Part shown: positions 1 through 10,012 of the stretch, in pieces
Layout: the number at the start of each line of letters is the position of its first letter
Position numbering within the stretch: the first letter of the stretch is position 1
Virus record (IMG/VR): IMGVR_UViG_3300029258_001571
Location: 1 to 51,719 of that record
DNA from: a virus
Taxonomy: Duplodnaviria; Caudoviricetes
Direction: 5' to 3' (one strand)
Length of the DNA stretch: 51,719 nt
Notes under the pieces: model-generated
The model's input: the letters and a program-made list of their open reading frames with translations, nothing else
Told to the model about the DNA's origin: nothing
Database searches by the model: none
Position numbers and translations under genes: made by a program

Positions 1-144
1 CCCAAGGAGAGCCGCCAGAGATCAGCAGCCACGCAGATGAAAGAAGGGGAGATAGCCCCTGATGCCAAAACTAGGTGGGAATTTGAGGCAGAGGCTCCAG
101 AGGGATACGAGCTTATTATCAATGAGCCTGGCCAGGTAATGAAA
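1..144. repeat. 144-bp direct repeat identical to 51576-51719 (circular overlap)
   Basis: cccaaggagagcc...gtaatgaaa occurs at both contig ends; it lies inside an ORF, so it is likely an assembly overlap. Confidence 0.97.
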
Positions 145-2799
145 ATAGACCCCAAGACTGGAAATAGATACTTCTCATCAGATATTACCCTGAAGAAGAT
201 TGCCGACAGGGAGAGTGTAGAGAGATATATTGAGCGGCAACAGAATACGGTAGACAGTATACTACAAGCCAACAAGGCACGGTATGAACGTGGCGATCCA
301 CTCAAGTACAGTAAGGGTGAGGAGAAGATTGCCCCCGATGTGGCTCGTGCCTCAATGGAGAGATGGAAGCAGATACAGGACCTCAATCGGAGAATAGAGG
401 CAAGAGAAAAGGGAGAGGGACTTCCAGAAGAGATTAAGTTGTATGATGATCCTTTGGCCGAGGGAACATTTGAACCAACCAAGGCTGATCTTCAGGCGCT
501 GTATGAGGCATATCCAGAGTTCTTCACTGATATGAATTTCGGTCTGCCACTGAAATCTATCCTTGAGAGCTACAATAGGCTAAAAGACCAGGTAGCTGGG
601 CTTGATCTCAAGAGATTCATGCACATGCCATCTACACGCAGGCAATGGGAACGTCTCCGCATGGAGGATCTTGGAGAGTTTAGACCGCCAACCAGGTTCC
701 AGCATCCAAGAGATTTTGCCCGTGAGCTAACAGCAGAGACGTTTGCCAAGGATCGCAAGATGATCAAGGAGTTCCATGAGAACGGACTTGATATGTCTCC
801 GACTATACATGCCAAGGTATTCCTTGACAACCTAACAACCGGCACCGGCAAGAAGATGAAGTGGGACTTTGCAGATTGGCCGGAGGGATTCCTACCTAAC
901 CCAAAGTTTAATCTACAATCTGTTCTTTGGAGCCAGCCTCACTACTGGGCTGGCCTGGCGGACTATGTCCCATCACTAAAGCAGGTTCGAAGACAGGGTC
1001 GAGGTCCTATCCAGAAGCTGATGACAGATGTTAATTATCTTACTGTGCAGAGAGCAGGATGGTTTAGTTCAAGGCAGAGCTTTATCGCACAGGCAGTAAG
1101 GGAACACGGTGTTGGTAAGGCCGGATCGCTTATTGACAGGGTTGCTGACCTGATGATCCAAGAGCTTCAGCACGGAGACTGGAAGAAGAGTCCAGAGGAG
1201 TTGCTTCAAAATCCTCAGATCGCAGCTTACATGGAGCAGTTCCCAAGGGTTGGCCACAGAAGTTTGCTATATGCTATGAAGGGACGTCAGATCCTAGATG
1301 CCATGATCATGGAACAAAACATGTTCCGTGATGCCATGGGTGATAAGCTAATCCCATACAGAACAAAGGATGGCAAAGGATACACTCCAGAGCAGATCAG
1401 AGATATGACATGGCAGGATGTTGTAACCGGCGATAAGGGATTGTCACATGACAAGATTGTAAAGCTGCTTGAAAAAGAAAATGCACCACTGCCAGAGTTT
1501 ATAGTTGAGCAACTAACCGCACCAGGTAACCCGAGAGCTAAGCATAGAACAGGTAGGATCCCAACAGAATCCAGGGAGACAAGTCTTACTAAGAAACTAT
1601 ATGACTATGCCGACATCGCATCGAGGGATATCTTCAACAGAATGGCTGTGAAGGCACTGAAGGATGCCGCAAATAAGATTGATAATACTTACAAGAAAGC
1701 CTCAGCTAAATCCAAGGGAACGAAACCAAAGGATGAGGCCGGTCACGTTGGTGCTCATGCCCTAAGAGCCTATTCTGCAGAAGCATTTGTTGGCACACTA
1801 GCTGGCCTGGACAGGGCCATCTCCCTATCTGTTGGCATGCGTAAAGCGATGAAGGGTTACCGCAACATGTTGCAGCGAACAGCTTTTCCGTTCAACGTTG
1901 GGTGGAACCTGTTTACACAGACATCCTCTATCGCCTTGACCATGGCAAGGCATCCGGTTACTACACCGATAGCTATGATAACATATCTATTTAGCCCTAA
2001 GCTGAGAGGAAAGCTGCGTGCTAATACATATGCCTTGCAGATGAAGAACCTGAAGAGAGGGCGCATAACCAAACAAGAGACGGCCTCGATGGGAGAGTTC
2101 TTCAAGAAGAAGACAAAGCTGGAGACAGTTGAGGATGTTGGGACATTTGGTATGCGTGTTATGGAAGACTATCTCGCTGGTGCATCGGCGCTGGCTGAGT
2201 ATATGAGCCTGAAATTAAAACGCATGCCTGAGGGTGAAGACTTCTGGGCAATGGTATCGGATACGGCTGCCAAGACTCAGTCTATGTATAACTGGGAAGA
2301 TAGACCAGGCATGCTGAGAAGCGAGATCGGTCGTACTGTGGCTCCGTTCCAGTCATTCTCATTCGAGGTTATGAATACAGTCAAGGAGTTCGCCGGAAAA
2401 ACTGGGCAGAGTCCCGGCAATGTGGCAACGAGACTAAAGAGAATACTTGTTGGGGCTGCGGCTGTGCAGACCGTCAACATGTTTACTCAGCTCATGACCG
2501 GCAAGAAGAAGTGGAATGCAAGCTCGTTTGTCCCATACTATGACATGACATTCGGCATGGCTATGGCGTTCATGAAGGGTGATAAGTGGGAAATGAGAAA
2601 GGGGCTTGCCTCACCATTGGCTACTGGACAGGAGCTAGCCCAGGCTATTCACGGGATCTTGACTGGCAAGGCTGGGGCATTCGAAGACTTTGTTTCATGG
2701 TCTGTTAAGTACGGCATGGGGTTTGCTAAGATCCCAGGTGGCCTGCAACTAGAGAAGATGAGACGAGGATTGCTGGAGTACATGCATGAATACGAGTAA
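1..2799 (+). CDS. C-terminal part of a ~1730-aa large internal virion/ejection-type protein starting at 49182
   Basis: ATG at 37 corresponds to 51612, in frame with ATG 49182 (810 codons); last gene of the tail/ejection block; function inferred from position and size. Confidence 0.7.
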   Translation, partial: PKESRQRSAATQMKEGEIAPDAKTRWEFEAEAPEGYELIINEPGQVMKIDPKTGNRYFSSDITLKKIADRESVERYIERQQNTVDSILQANKARYERGDPLKYSKGEEKIAPDVARASMERWKQIQDLNRRIEAREKGEGLPEEIKLYDDPLAEGTFEPTKADLQALYEAYPEFFTDMNFGLPLKSILESYNRLKDQVAGLDLKRFMHMPSTRRQWERLRMEDLGEFRPPTRFQHPRDFARELTAETFAKDRKMIKEFHENGLDMSPTIHAKVFLDNLTTGTGKKMKWDFADWPEGFLPNPKFNLQSVLWSQPHYWAGLADYVPSLKQVRRQGRGPIQKLMTDVNYLTVQRAGWFSSRQSFIAQAVREHGVGKAGSLIDRVADLMIQELQHGDWKKSPEELLQNPQIAAYMEQFPRVGHRSLLYAMKGRQILDAMIMEQNMFRDAMGDKLIPYRTKDGKGYTPEQIRDMTWQDVVTGDKGLSHDKIVKLLEKENAPLPEFIVEQLTAPGNPRAKHRTGRIPTESRETSLTKKLYDYADIASRDIFNRMAVKALKDAANKIDNTYKKASAKSKGTKPKDEAGHVGAHALRAYSAEAFVGTLAGLDRAISLSVGMRKAMKGYRNMLQRTAFPFNVGWNLFTQTSSIALTMARHPVTTPIAMITYLFSPKLRGKLRANTYALQMKNLKRGRITKQETASMGEFFKKKTKLETVEDVGTFGMRVMEDYLAGASALAEYMSLKLKRMPEGEDFWAMVSDTAAKTQSMYNWEDRPGMLRSEIGRTVAPFQSFSFEVMNTVKEFAGKTGQSPGNVATRLKRILVGAAAVQTVNMFTQLMTGKKKWNASSFVPYYDMTFGMAMAFMKGDKWEMRKGLASPLATGQELAQAIHGILTGKAGAFEDFVSWSVKYGMGFAKIPGGLQLEKMRRGLLEYMHEYE

Positions 2800-3040
2800 G
2801 GTAACATCATCGGGAACGATCCTGATGTCCATGGCAATCGTGGCAGCAGGGTTTGTATTCAAGACGTTCTATCCGTCTGCACCATATGAGACTCTTGTAT
2901 GGGCGACGTGTGGACTCGCTGGAGGATATTTTGCTAAGAGAACTGTTCAGAAAACCGAAAAGTTTAGTTATACTCTTCGTAATGGTGGCTCTGGTGGCAG
3001 CAACACTACTGTCAACCATGAGAGCGTGCCGTCTGGATAG
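2786..3040 (+). CDS. small membrane protein, possible holin
   Basis: two hydrophobic segments and a polar tail; GGAG upstream; next to other membrane genes. Confidence 0.45.
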   Translation: MNTSKVTSSGTILMSMAIVAAGFVFKTFYPSAPYETLVWATCGLAGGYFAKRTVQKTEKFSYTLRNGGSGGSNTTVNHESVPSG

Positions 3041-3575
3041 CAAAAACGCTGTACTAAAGGACCGTGCCGAGCGGTCGGAGCGTATAGCTCGTGCTGTCGA
3101 CAAAGAGTATGCTGACTACAGAACATGGGCCGAGGGGCTGATCGAGAATAACCGGCTTCAGATTGAAGTGCTGACAGAGGAAGTGCTGGAGCATGAATCT
3201 ACTATAGAGACTGTGCTACTTGAGAACCAGCGGCTGAAGATGCTGGAGCCTGCATATCCTGAGCTTGAGAGCCACCCCTTAGTTATCAACCTGAGAGCAC
3301 AGATCAGCACGCTTGAGTCGGCTATCGCCGAGTACATTGAGCAGGTCAAGGCTCAGGATAATATCATTCTACAGTGGACATCGTCATTTAAGGCTGAGCA
3401 CAAGCTAAGGCTCAGGTGTGAGGATGCACTAGAGGCTTACAAGAGAAGCATGGAGGACTGGAAGGCAACCGCTCTCAATCTGGAGTGGAGCTTAAAGAAA
3501 GCAAAAGCATGGGGTGTAGTTACTAAGGCGACTACAGTAGCGGGGGTTGTAATCATCTTGTTGATACTGAGGTAG
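2931..3575 (+). CDS. coiled-coil protein with N- and C-terminal hydrophobic segments, spanin-like
   Basis: GGAGG at 2921 precedes in-frame TTG 2931; LVILFVMVALVAATLL, a long heptad region and C-terminal VAGVVIILLIL. Confidence 0.5.
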   Translation: MLRELFRKPKSLVILFVMVALVAATLLSTMRACRLDSKNAVLKDRAERSERIARAVDKEYADYRTWAEGLIENNRLQIEVLTEEVLEHESTIETVLLENQRLKMLEPAYPELESHPLVINLRAQISTLESAIAEYIEQVKAQDNIILQWTSSFKAEHKLRLRCEDALEAYKRSMEDWKATALNLEWSLKKAKAWGVVTKATTVAGVVIILLILR

Positions 3576-3581
3576 AGGGGT

Positions 3582-3845
3582 ATGGAAGAAAAAAACGGAA
3601 GCTGGCTAAAAGAATACCTGAGGGATATCAGGCAATCGCAGATTTCCATCGCCGAAAAGCTGGAACACTTCATTGAAGAGACATGTCCAGGGAGACATGC
3701 TCAGTTAGACACAAGGCTTGAGGCTCTTGAGGCAGATGCAACTAAGAGGAAAGCCATCTCTGCTTTACTGTATGGTCTGGCCACGACAATCGGCGGTCTG
3801 ATCACGCTGATAGGACAGAAGCTATGGACACTGATAGCAAAGTAG
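3582..3845 (+). CDS. coiled-coil protein with C-terminal TM (XhlA/holin-like)
   Basis: charged helical N-terminus, then ISALLYGLATTIGGLITLIG. Confidence 0.45.
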   Translation: MEEKNGSWLKEYLRDIRQSQISIAEKLEHFIEETCPGRHAQLDTRLEALEADATKRKAISALLYGLATTIGGLITLIGQKLWTLIAK

Positions 3846-4219
3846 AAACCCCAGAGGAGCTTGCCCTCAAGGAATGGAGACGCAAGTACCAGTTCGAGAT
3901 ACTGGAGAAGTCAAGGAAGGTACTGGAGGATATACGGGATCTTCCTCATGGCCAGAAGACAGTCGAGTGTCCAGACTGTGGGAAGAAATTTAAGGTAGAT
4001 TGGGCCAGCATTAGGGATATCAATGAAGCCACTAAGACTCTTCTCCGCATGGTCAGCGGTCTGCAACCTGATAAGGTGTCCGCCGCAGACAAGAAGCTGC
4101 AACAAGTTGCAGTGAACGGAGAGGTCTCTGACGAATTACTTGAGGAGATTGAGAGACTAGCACATGGCGGCGACGAATGGAAAAACGAACCTGATCCTGA
4201 AGATCGGAAAAAAACTTAA
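3824..4219 (+). CDS. putative terminase small subunit (CPDCG motif)
   Basis: overlaps the terminase large subunit start; helical, acidic C-terminus; positional inference. Confidence 0.45.
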   Translation: MDTDSKVETPEELALKEWRRKYQFEILEKSRKVLEDIRDLPHGQKTVECPDCGKKFKVDWASIRDINEATKTLLRMVSGLQPDKVSAADKKLQQVAVNGEVSDELLEEIERLAHGGDEWKNEPDPEDRKKT

Positions 4220-5849
4220 CTACTACCGGGCGCTGTGTGACCGGTCATTCTTTCACTTTGTCCGTATCGTGGGCGGCCACGTCCACCAGGGCGGCGTAGC
4301 CAACGAACACATACATGGCAGGCTGTGCCGCTTCACGCAGGATACTAGACACAATAAACGCAACGCTATCGGGACACCCCGAGACTGGCTGAAGTCTACC
4401 ATCTTCACTAAGTGGAAGGGCATATGGGACTATCTGCAAGATACTGAGGAGCGCCAGCTTATCGCCGCTGAGAATGCCAAGCTAGCCTCACGCATGCTGA
4501 AGTGGATCGGCAAGCAATTCATGACCAACGAAATGTTGAGGTTACTTTACTCAGATCGCCTGCAGTACCAGCACCCGGACGATGACTATGGTCACACCCG
4601 TATCATAGATGGCTACTGGTCAAGGACATCCACCTGGTCCGGCGAAGCACTTGAGCTACCAAGGATAGGCAGCTGGGCTGAGCCTGCCTTTACTGCCATT
4701 GGTATCGGCGGAGCCGCCCAGTCAGGTCACTACACCACCATACATATCGACGACCTCGTTGGTGAGAAAGCAATGGAGTCTGAGCTTGTGATGGAGGACG
4801 TTTACCGGTGGTTCGATAACGTGGATGAGCTTCTAGTGAACCCCGATCCAGAGAACCCGGAAGGAAGCAAGGTCAATGTGGTCGGTACCCATTGGGGTGC
4901 CGGTGATTTCTTCTGCTATGTCCAAGAGAAGTACAAAGATTACAAATGGAATATAGTGCCAGCCCTGAAGGATTCTAGTCTCAAGGATACTGAAACAGTA
5001 ACCTGGGTGCAACATCCATACCAGCCGGATATGGAAACTAACTGGCCGGGCAGCCCGTTCACTACTCAGTATTACATCAACATGATGAACAACCCTGAGA
5101 AGGTTATGGTGTTCTGGGCACAGCATATGAATAACCCCCACAAGGGGAAAGGACTAAACAAATTTGAGAAGACCTGGCTCAGGTTTTACAGGTGGGATAA
5201 GAGAGATGCTGGGCTATGGCTTGTATGCCTCGATAAGGATGGAAAAGATGCAGAGGTATTCAAGGTTTCCGATATCCCTCTATATGGATACATTGATCCA
5301 GGCGGATTTCGAGCCGAGAAAGGACTCAAAAAAGGAAGCAGAAATGCTATCCTTGTAGGTGGGCAGCCAAGAGGAAGCGTCAAGAAGTTTGTAGTGCATG
5401 CTGAGTCCTTTGTATTCGACACGCCAAAGGATTTCCTTGATCGCATCTTTGATGCACACAAGAAATGGAAGCCACGTGCCTGGCAAATAGATACGGCTGG
5501 ACAGCAGAGATATATCTATAACGATGTGTTAGAAGAGAGAAAGCGGCGTAAGGTACGGCTTCCTATATCGCCGATAGAAGAGGATAAGAGCCGAGACTCT
5601 AAGGACAAGGACATTGAAGCCCTACTATACCCGGTGTCTAATGGTGAGCTATACATCCATGAGTCATTCAAGCACCTCGTAGCTGAGGTGGTGTCCTGGC
5701 CTCATGGCATGACTAAGGATTTGCTTGACATGCTTGCTAAGCTCTATAAGGTGAGGTGGCAGAGAGGTGAAGCGGCGAGTTCGGAGGCCATCAACCTTAA
5801 TCGACAGCGATTCCGAACCCGCCAGCGTGACAAGAAGACTGGGTACTAG
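4164..5849 (+). CDS. terL: terminase large subunit
   Basis: Walker A-like PRDWLKST, Walker B IHIDDL, coupling motif VGT, nuclease YIDPG...KDLLD. Confidence 0.9.
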   Translation: MAATNGKTNLILKIGKKLNYYRALCDRSFFHFVRIVGGHVHQGGVANEHIHGRLCRFTQDTRHNKRNAIGTPRDWLKSTIFTKWKGIWDYLQDTEERQLIAAENAKLASRMLKWIGKQFMTNEMLRLLYSDRLQYQHPDDDYGHTRIIDGYWSRTSTWSGEALELPRIGSWAEPAFTAIGIGGAAQSGHYTTIHIDDLVGEKAMESELVMEDVYRWFDNVDELLVNPDPENPEGSKVNVVGTHWGAGDFFCYVQEKYKDYKWNIVPALKDSSLKDTETVTWVQHPYQPDMETNWPGSPFTTQYYINMMNNPEKVMVFWAQHMNNPHKGKGLNKFEKTWLRFYRWDKRDAGLWLVCLDKDGKDAEVFKVSDIPLYGYIDPGGFRAEKGLKKGSRNAILVGGQPRGSVKKFVVHAESFVFDTPKDFLDRIFDAHKKWKPRAWQIDTAGQQRYIYNDVLEERKRRKVRLPISPIEEDKSRDSKDKDIEALLYPVSNGELYIHESFKHLVAEVVSWPHGMTKDLLDMLAKLYKVRWQRGEAASSEAINLNRQRFRTRQRDKKTGY

Positions 5850-6145
5850 CCCTCTTCCTTGAAGAGAGCCACCAGATCTTCTAGGTATTTAACCATGCTC
5901 TCATGGTTCTCAAAAACATTGATCTCCACCTTCTGCTGACCACGGAAGGTTCCCTCTTTCCAAATTCCCTCACCCTGCACGATGAATCCATTGGTCACCT
6001 TGCGGATTGTAACCGCATTCAGCATGATTTCATTTGCAGAAACCCCAATGATGGGTACCTGGACAGGTACCCTTAGATCAGCACTTCCATCTCTCAATGT
6101 TTTGTTATCAAGCACTCGCTTGCTAGGTATTCCTGGTCGTCTCAT
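5846..6145 (-). CDS. hypothetical protein
   Basis: overlaps the stop of the upstream gene; GGAGG RBS. Confidence 0.6.
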   Translation of the reverse strand: MRRPGIPSKRVLDNKTLRDGSADLRVPVQVPIIGVSANEIMLNAVTIRKVTNGFIVQGEGIWKEGTFRGQQKVEINVFENHESMVKYLEDLVALFKEEG

Positions 6146-6573
6146 ACTCTTCCTCCTAGTTGTCCAAGGAGTTCGTCTATCTCCTTGCTCTTTATTACAG
6201 CATCATCCACCTGATCATCGGCAGCATTCATGCCTATCTCCTGCATCACAAGCAGGATCATGTTGGCTACAGATGAGCCAAGCTCCGGCAGTATGCCTAT
6301 GTTGACCTGATGGGCCATGCTTTGTTTCTCGTGATTGCCCTTTAGCTTCCTCCACTGGAAGCCAATCCCATTCTTTCCCTTGTAGATTTCAACGACTCTG
6401 ATCTTCAGCCAGGATTTGCCGTCTATCTCTCCTGAGTTGCGGTACACAAAGTACCCTTTACTCCCGCTGAATGCGGCATACCCGGTGTGGTCACCGAGTG
6501 TTATCTTCTGTATCTTCGGCATTACATTCTGCCTGATAACAAGGGGCTTTACTTCGGCTTCCATGCTAGCCAC
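6142..6573 (-). CDS. hypothetical protein
   Basis: 143-aa ORF in a tightly packed operon. Confidence 0.6.
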   Translation of the reverse strand: MASMEAEVKPLVIRQNVMPKIQKITLGDHTGYAAFSGSKGYFVYRNSGEIDGKSWLKIRVVEIYKGKNGIGFQWRKLKGNHEKQSMAHQVNIGILPELGSSVANMILLVMQEIGMNAADDQVDDAVIKSKEIDELLGQLGGRV

Positions 6574-7688
6574 TCGTTGGAGATAACTTCAATGTCGGTG
6601 TAGTTGATGCGGTCTAAATCTTCGTAGAGGTATCCAAGTTCGTCCATCACAAAGATATGCATTGGCATGTAGACAAGCCATACCCTTGGGCGGTATTCCT
6701 TGTATGCCAGCCGTGCCCATCTTTGGATATCTACCATTGATGGGCCAACATAAGACGTGCCAGGCACACGATAGAAACCAAGGACCTCTCCCCCCTTTCT
6801 GTTTCCATCAAGACTCCAGACTACTTTCCTCCAGCCCATGGCTCCATCCATGAGTTGACGGTAGGTTCTTCCAGATCCTGGTTCTGTCTCCTCATCGAGA
6901 CGATACTGAGCAAGGAAGTCATGCCACTCAATCCATCCGTAGCGATTGTAATCGTCATCGCCCCAAGACGCTTCGATAGGCCTTTCGGCTTGCCATGAGG
7001 ATGGCATTTGTAAGTAGTCGCTGAGCATCATGACTTGCCATCCAAAGTCCTCGGCACCGCTACCGAACGGTTCTATGTAGAGAACCCCAGGTTCTTCCAG
7101 CTTACAGAAATCTGAGTGGCTTACGTCCATGCGTTGATGATGGACGGGAACAATGTTTTTGATCTTCTCATAAATTCTTGCATGAAGCTGAGCAAGCTCT
7201 ACTCCTTGCTGCTTATCCCTGTGGCCGATTTCGTTTGAGATCCTCATCCACATTTCCGAGGGATCATAGTCTAATCTCTTTGTCATCCTCATCAGTCGAG
7301 TGATGAACCTAATCCATCGGCGGTCAGCCTCTGGTCTAAGCCATGGTGCTCCGAAGCTGGTGATCCACCTGCGTGAGGTATATCTGGACATGGGCACCCA
7401 GTCAATGTGCACCTTGTTTTTGGCAGCCAGTTTCAGCAACTCTCTCGTTCTCTTCCACCAGACTGGCCTTTCTTTCCAGTCTCTCTTGTATGGATGATAC
7501 TGAGAGTAGTATCCCCACTTGCCCTCATCCACCATTGGGAATGATTCAACATGGGAGCAGCCGGATTCATGCAGCTTGCTTAGTATATCACCGAAGTATG
7601 CCTTGGCCCTGCGAGGACCATCCCTTTCCCACATTCTCTGGAAGATTCCATTGAATGCATAGATGGCTGTTGACATTGGTACTTTCAT
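6549..7688 (-). CDS. possible glycoside-hydrolase-like TIM-barrel protein
   Basis: Trp-rich; ISNE motif resembles the clan GH-A acid/base NE; alternating alpha/beta pattern. Confidence 0.35.
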   Translation of the reverse strand: MKVPMSTAIYAFNGIFQRMWERDGPRRAKAYFGDILSKLHESGCSHVESFPMVDEGKWGYYSQYHPYKRDWKERPVWWKRTRELLKLAAKNKVHIDWVPMSRYTSRRWITSFGAPWLRPEADRRWIRFITRLMRMTKRLDYDPSEMWMRISNEIGHRDKQQGVELAQLHARIYEKIKNIVPVHHQRMDVSHSDFCKLEEPGVLYIEPFGSGAEDFGWQVMMLSDYLQMPSSWQAERPIEASWGDDDYNRYGWIEWHDFLAQYRLDEETEPGSGRTYRQLMDGAMGWRKVVWSLDGNRKGGEVLGFYRVPGTSYVGPSMVDIQRWARLAYKEYRPRVWLVYMPMHIFVMDELGYLYEDLDRINYTDIEVISNEWLAWKPK

Positions 7689-7873
7689 TTCATAGCCTCC
7701 GTCACCTCGTTCACCGCATCGCGGAATGCACGTATAACACCATCTTCAAACTCCGGGGATTCCATCATCTTGGCCAAAACTTTCTCGAAGATGTAACGTG
7801 TGCCCACACGTAGGCCGATCAGGTACCCAACTAGGCCACCTACAATCAGGCCTATGAGTACAAAGATTATCAT
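7685..7873 (-). CDS. small membrane protein
   Basis: N-terminal hydrophobic IIFVLIGLIVGGLVGYLIG; GGAGG RBS. Confidence 0.65.
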   Translation of the reverse strand: MIIFVLIGLIVGGLVGYLIGLRVGTRYIFEKVLAKMMESPEFEDGVIRAFRDAVNEVTEAMK

Positions 7874-8229
7874 GGTTTACCTCCGTCAACTACGGGTGGA
7901 TACTCTATGGTAACAGTTTCAGAGTCGTCTGGAAATCTGACTCCAGCATCGTTCAGCACGCATTGTGCAAGGCATGCATAGTTGGCAATGTCGATCAGCG
8001 TATCCTCAAGGCTTTCGTTCATGGCTTTCTTATCACCCTTAGATAGGTTCTCGAGGCGGTTTATCTTATCTTCAAGGCGAACACATATGCCAAAGATCCC
8101 ATGCTTCCTGAAGTTACGAAGCACATCATCCTCTGGTGCATAGTCATGCCCCTTTTGTTTTAGTAGCTCTACACACTTCAGAAAGAAATGCTCTGCCACA
8201 TGAGCTTGTGTCTTAGAGTTCATCCTCAA
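7870..8229 (-). CDS. nucleotide modification associated domain 1 (DUF1599/Nmad1-like) protein
   Basis: KGHDYA...RNF...VRLEDKINRL...ESLEDTLIDIANYA. Confidence 0.75.
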   Translation of the reverse strand: MRMNSKTQAHVAEHFFLKCVELLKQKGHDYAPEDDVLRNFRKHGIFGICVRLEDKINRLENLSKGDKKAMNESLEDTLIDIANYACLAQCVLNDAGVRFPDDSETVTIEYPPVVDGGKP

Positions 8230-8602
8230 GCTCCCTCATTACCCGGTCCCAATCCTCAAACCTAACTGCTCGGTCGTCAACATAGAACGCGGCGAGGGGC
8301 TTGCCTCTCTCTGTCCAGATCTCATCATACGGTACACCGTCCACATCCAGCTTGTTGCGGACGATATCATACAACTGTTTCTCTGAGTAGCCCTCATTCA
8401 ACTCGGGAATCACCCGGCAAGTGTGAATGATAATCCTGTATCCCTTGTCCTGAAGATCAGCCAGTGCCTGCTTGGCACCCTTGATCTTACTACCGAAGAC
8501 GAATGGCCTATACTTAATCTCTACGTCCTCAGTGTCCCAATAGACCTCATAGATAACTCCATCCAGGTCTACGGCCACAGCCTTTCCTTTGTCACCGTTC
8601 AT
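8213..8602 (-). CDS. HAD-superfamily phosphatase (capless, PNKP-phosphatase-like)
   Basis: VDLDGV motif I, HTCR motif II, KP..AFYVDDRA motif IV. Confidence 0.85.
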   Translation of the reverse strand: MNGDKGKAVAVDLDGVIYEVYWDTEDVEIKYRPFVFGSKIKGAKQALADLQDKGYRIIIHTCRVIPELNEGYSEKQLYDIVRNKLDVDGVPYDEIWTERGKPLAAFYVDDRAVRFEDWDRVMRELEDEL

Positions 8603-9270
8603 TAAATGCTCCTTTGTGAGTTGCCCTTGACGTAAGGAAGCATACGCAGATAGATATCCCGAAGCTCTCTGACATCAATTACGCAGTGGTCACGAATATA
8701 TTTCAGGGAATCCTTGTTCCCTTGCAATGCTTGAATCCAATGGCCTGATGTAATCTTTGTTTTCTCTGATTCACCGAACAGGTGCTCATGCACCTTGATC
8801 AGCCTCCGGCTTGAGATAGCCAGGAGCCTGCGTGCCATGTAGTATGTGTCGGTATGCTTGATCAGGCCATGCTCTGGGAAGTTTAGCCTCCAAAACTCAG
8901 CCCTTGCTCTTGAGTAGGGTACATCAAACCTGGTGCCATAATGGGTGATGATCCTGTCGTATTTCGACAGGTCGGCGATCAGCTTCTTTACTACGTTAAA
9001 GTCGAGAGCGCCGGACTCAAGACATTTCTTCGTGATCCATGCCTCGTCTATGCTGCCTGAGTCCTCATCCATGATGCAGTACCCAAAGATGATACCGAAG
9101 TCGGCCTTGAGGTTGGAGGCCTCTATGTCAAAGTACCCCACCTTTTCTCCTAAGCCAACCTCTTCCTGATAGCATGCATAATGATCTAAGCCATCATGTC
9201 CATGCTTGCATCTAAACTTTTTTAGCTTTAAAATTTCCGCCTTAGTCATCCGGTGTACCGGTGCACTCAT
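8602..9270 (-). CDS. DEDD 3'-5' exonuclease (RNase_H_2/YprB-like)
   Basis: FDIE, HYGTRFD, HCVIDV motifs. Confidence 0.85.
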   Translation of the reverse strand: MSAPVHRMTKAEILKLKKFRCKHGHDGLDHYACYQEEVGLGEKVGYFDIEASNLKADFGIIFGYCIMDEDSGSIDEAWITKKCLESGALDFNVVKKLIADLSKYDRIITHYGTRFDVPYSRARAEFWRLNFPEHGLIKHTDTYYMARRLLAISSRRLIKVHEHLFGESEKTKITSGHWIQALQGNKDSLKYIRDHCVIDVRELRDIYLRMLPYVKGNSQRSI

Positions 9271-9461
9271 TCTTGCCTCCTGTGAAACTTCGGTGTCGGG
9301 AGTCCATTAAAGCCTCCCGGTACTGATGGCATCCGATCCATGACTCCGCGAGCACAGTGTGGGCACACCCTGTTCTTCATGTTCTTGCTTTCATCCTTGT
9401 ACTCAAGAACGTCTCGTTCGATGTGGCCACATGCCCTGCACTTATAGTCGTACATTGGCAT
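9267..9461 (-). CDS. FmdB-type zinc ribbon protein
   Basis: MPMYDYKCRACG...CPHC. Confidence 0.8.
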   Translation of the reverse strand: MPMYDYKCRACGHIERDVLEYKDESKNMKNRVCPHCARGVMDRMPSVPGGFNGLPTPKFHRRQE

Positions 9462-9756
9462 CGAGATCCTCCATCAGCCTGAGAAAGTCGTCTACCCTCA
9501 TGACCAGCATATCCTGTTCATGGGGCTTGTTTGTCTCATGCAGGCACAAGACAGGTAGCTTGCCGCCTGCATTGTTGTTGGCCTGGAGCCAGGCTTTCAC
9601 CAGAAATCGAGGCAGCTTATCTCTGGACTTGCACTCTATCGCAAATCGTTGTGTCACTACATCCATGTTTCCGAGAAGCCCAACTCTCATGCCATTAAAC
9701 TTTTCAGCTATCTTTCTTTCGAACCGCTTTCCTCTGCGGCGGTTTACGTTTGACAT
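9442..9756 (-). CDS. Hjc-like PD-(D/E)XK Holliday junction resolvase
   Basis: RGKRFERKIA...D...AIECKS; start taken at MSNVN (9756). Confidence 0.75.
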   Translation of the reverse strand: MSNVNRRRGKRFERKIAEKFNGMRVGLLGNMDVVTQRFAIECKSRDKLPRFLVKAWLQANNNAGGKLPVLCLHETNKPHEQDMLVMRVDDFLRLMEDLDANVRL

Positions 9757-10012
9757 TAGACTTCGCCTTTGCCTTGGCCTTGAGTTTATCGTAGTCCTCC
9801 TTGGCCAACAGCACAAAACCATTGTCCCTACAGTAAGTTTCCACTCTGTCCGGCATGTCATGTAGAGCCAGCATGGCCCACTCGACCAGCGTGCCCCACT
9901 TCATGGGCACCGTCTGCCCTCCGGGTTGAGTATAGACTATCTTCCTTCCCTCGATGCGGACATGGCGATCATGCCACCGCTCCCTGTATTCCTCGATCTC
10001 TCTCTTATCCAA
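9704..10012 (-). CDS. hypothetical protein with basic tail
   Basis: AAGGAG followed by TTG at 10012, overlapping the Ro60 stop. Confidence 0.5.
   Translation of the reverse strand: MDKREIEEYRERWHDRHVRIEGRKIVYTQPGGQTVPMKWGTLVEWAMLALHDMPDRVETYCRDNGFVLLAKEDYDKLKAKAKAKSNVKRKPPQRKAVRKKDS

Noticed and set aside
1-144. Biological direct terminal repeat
   Set aside because: The repeat lies mid-gene, so it is more simply an assembler circular overlap
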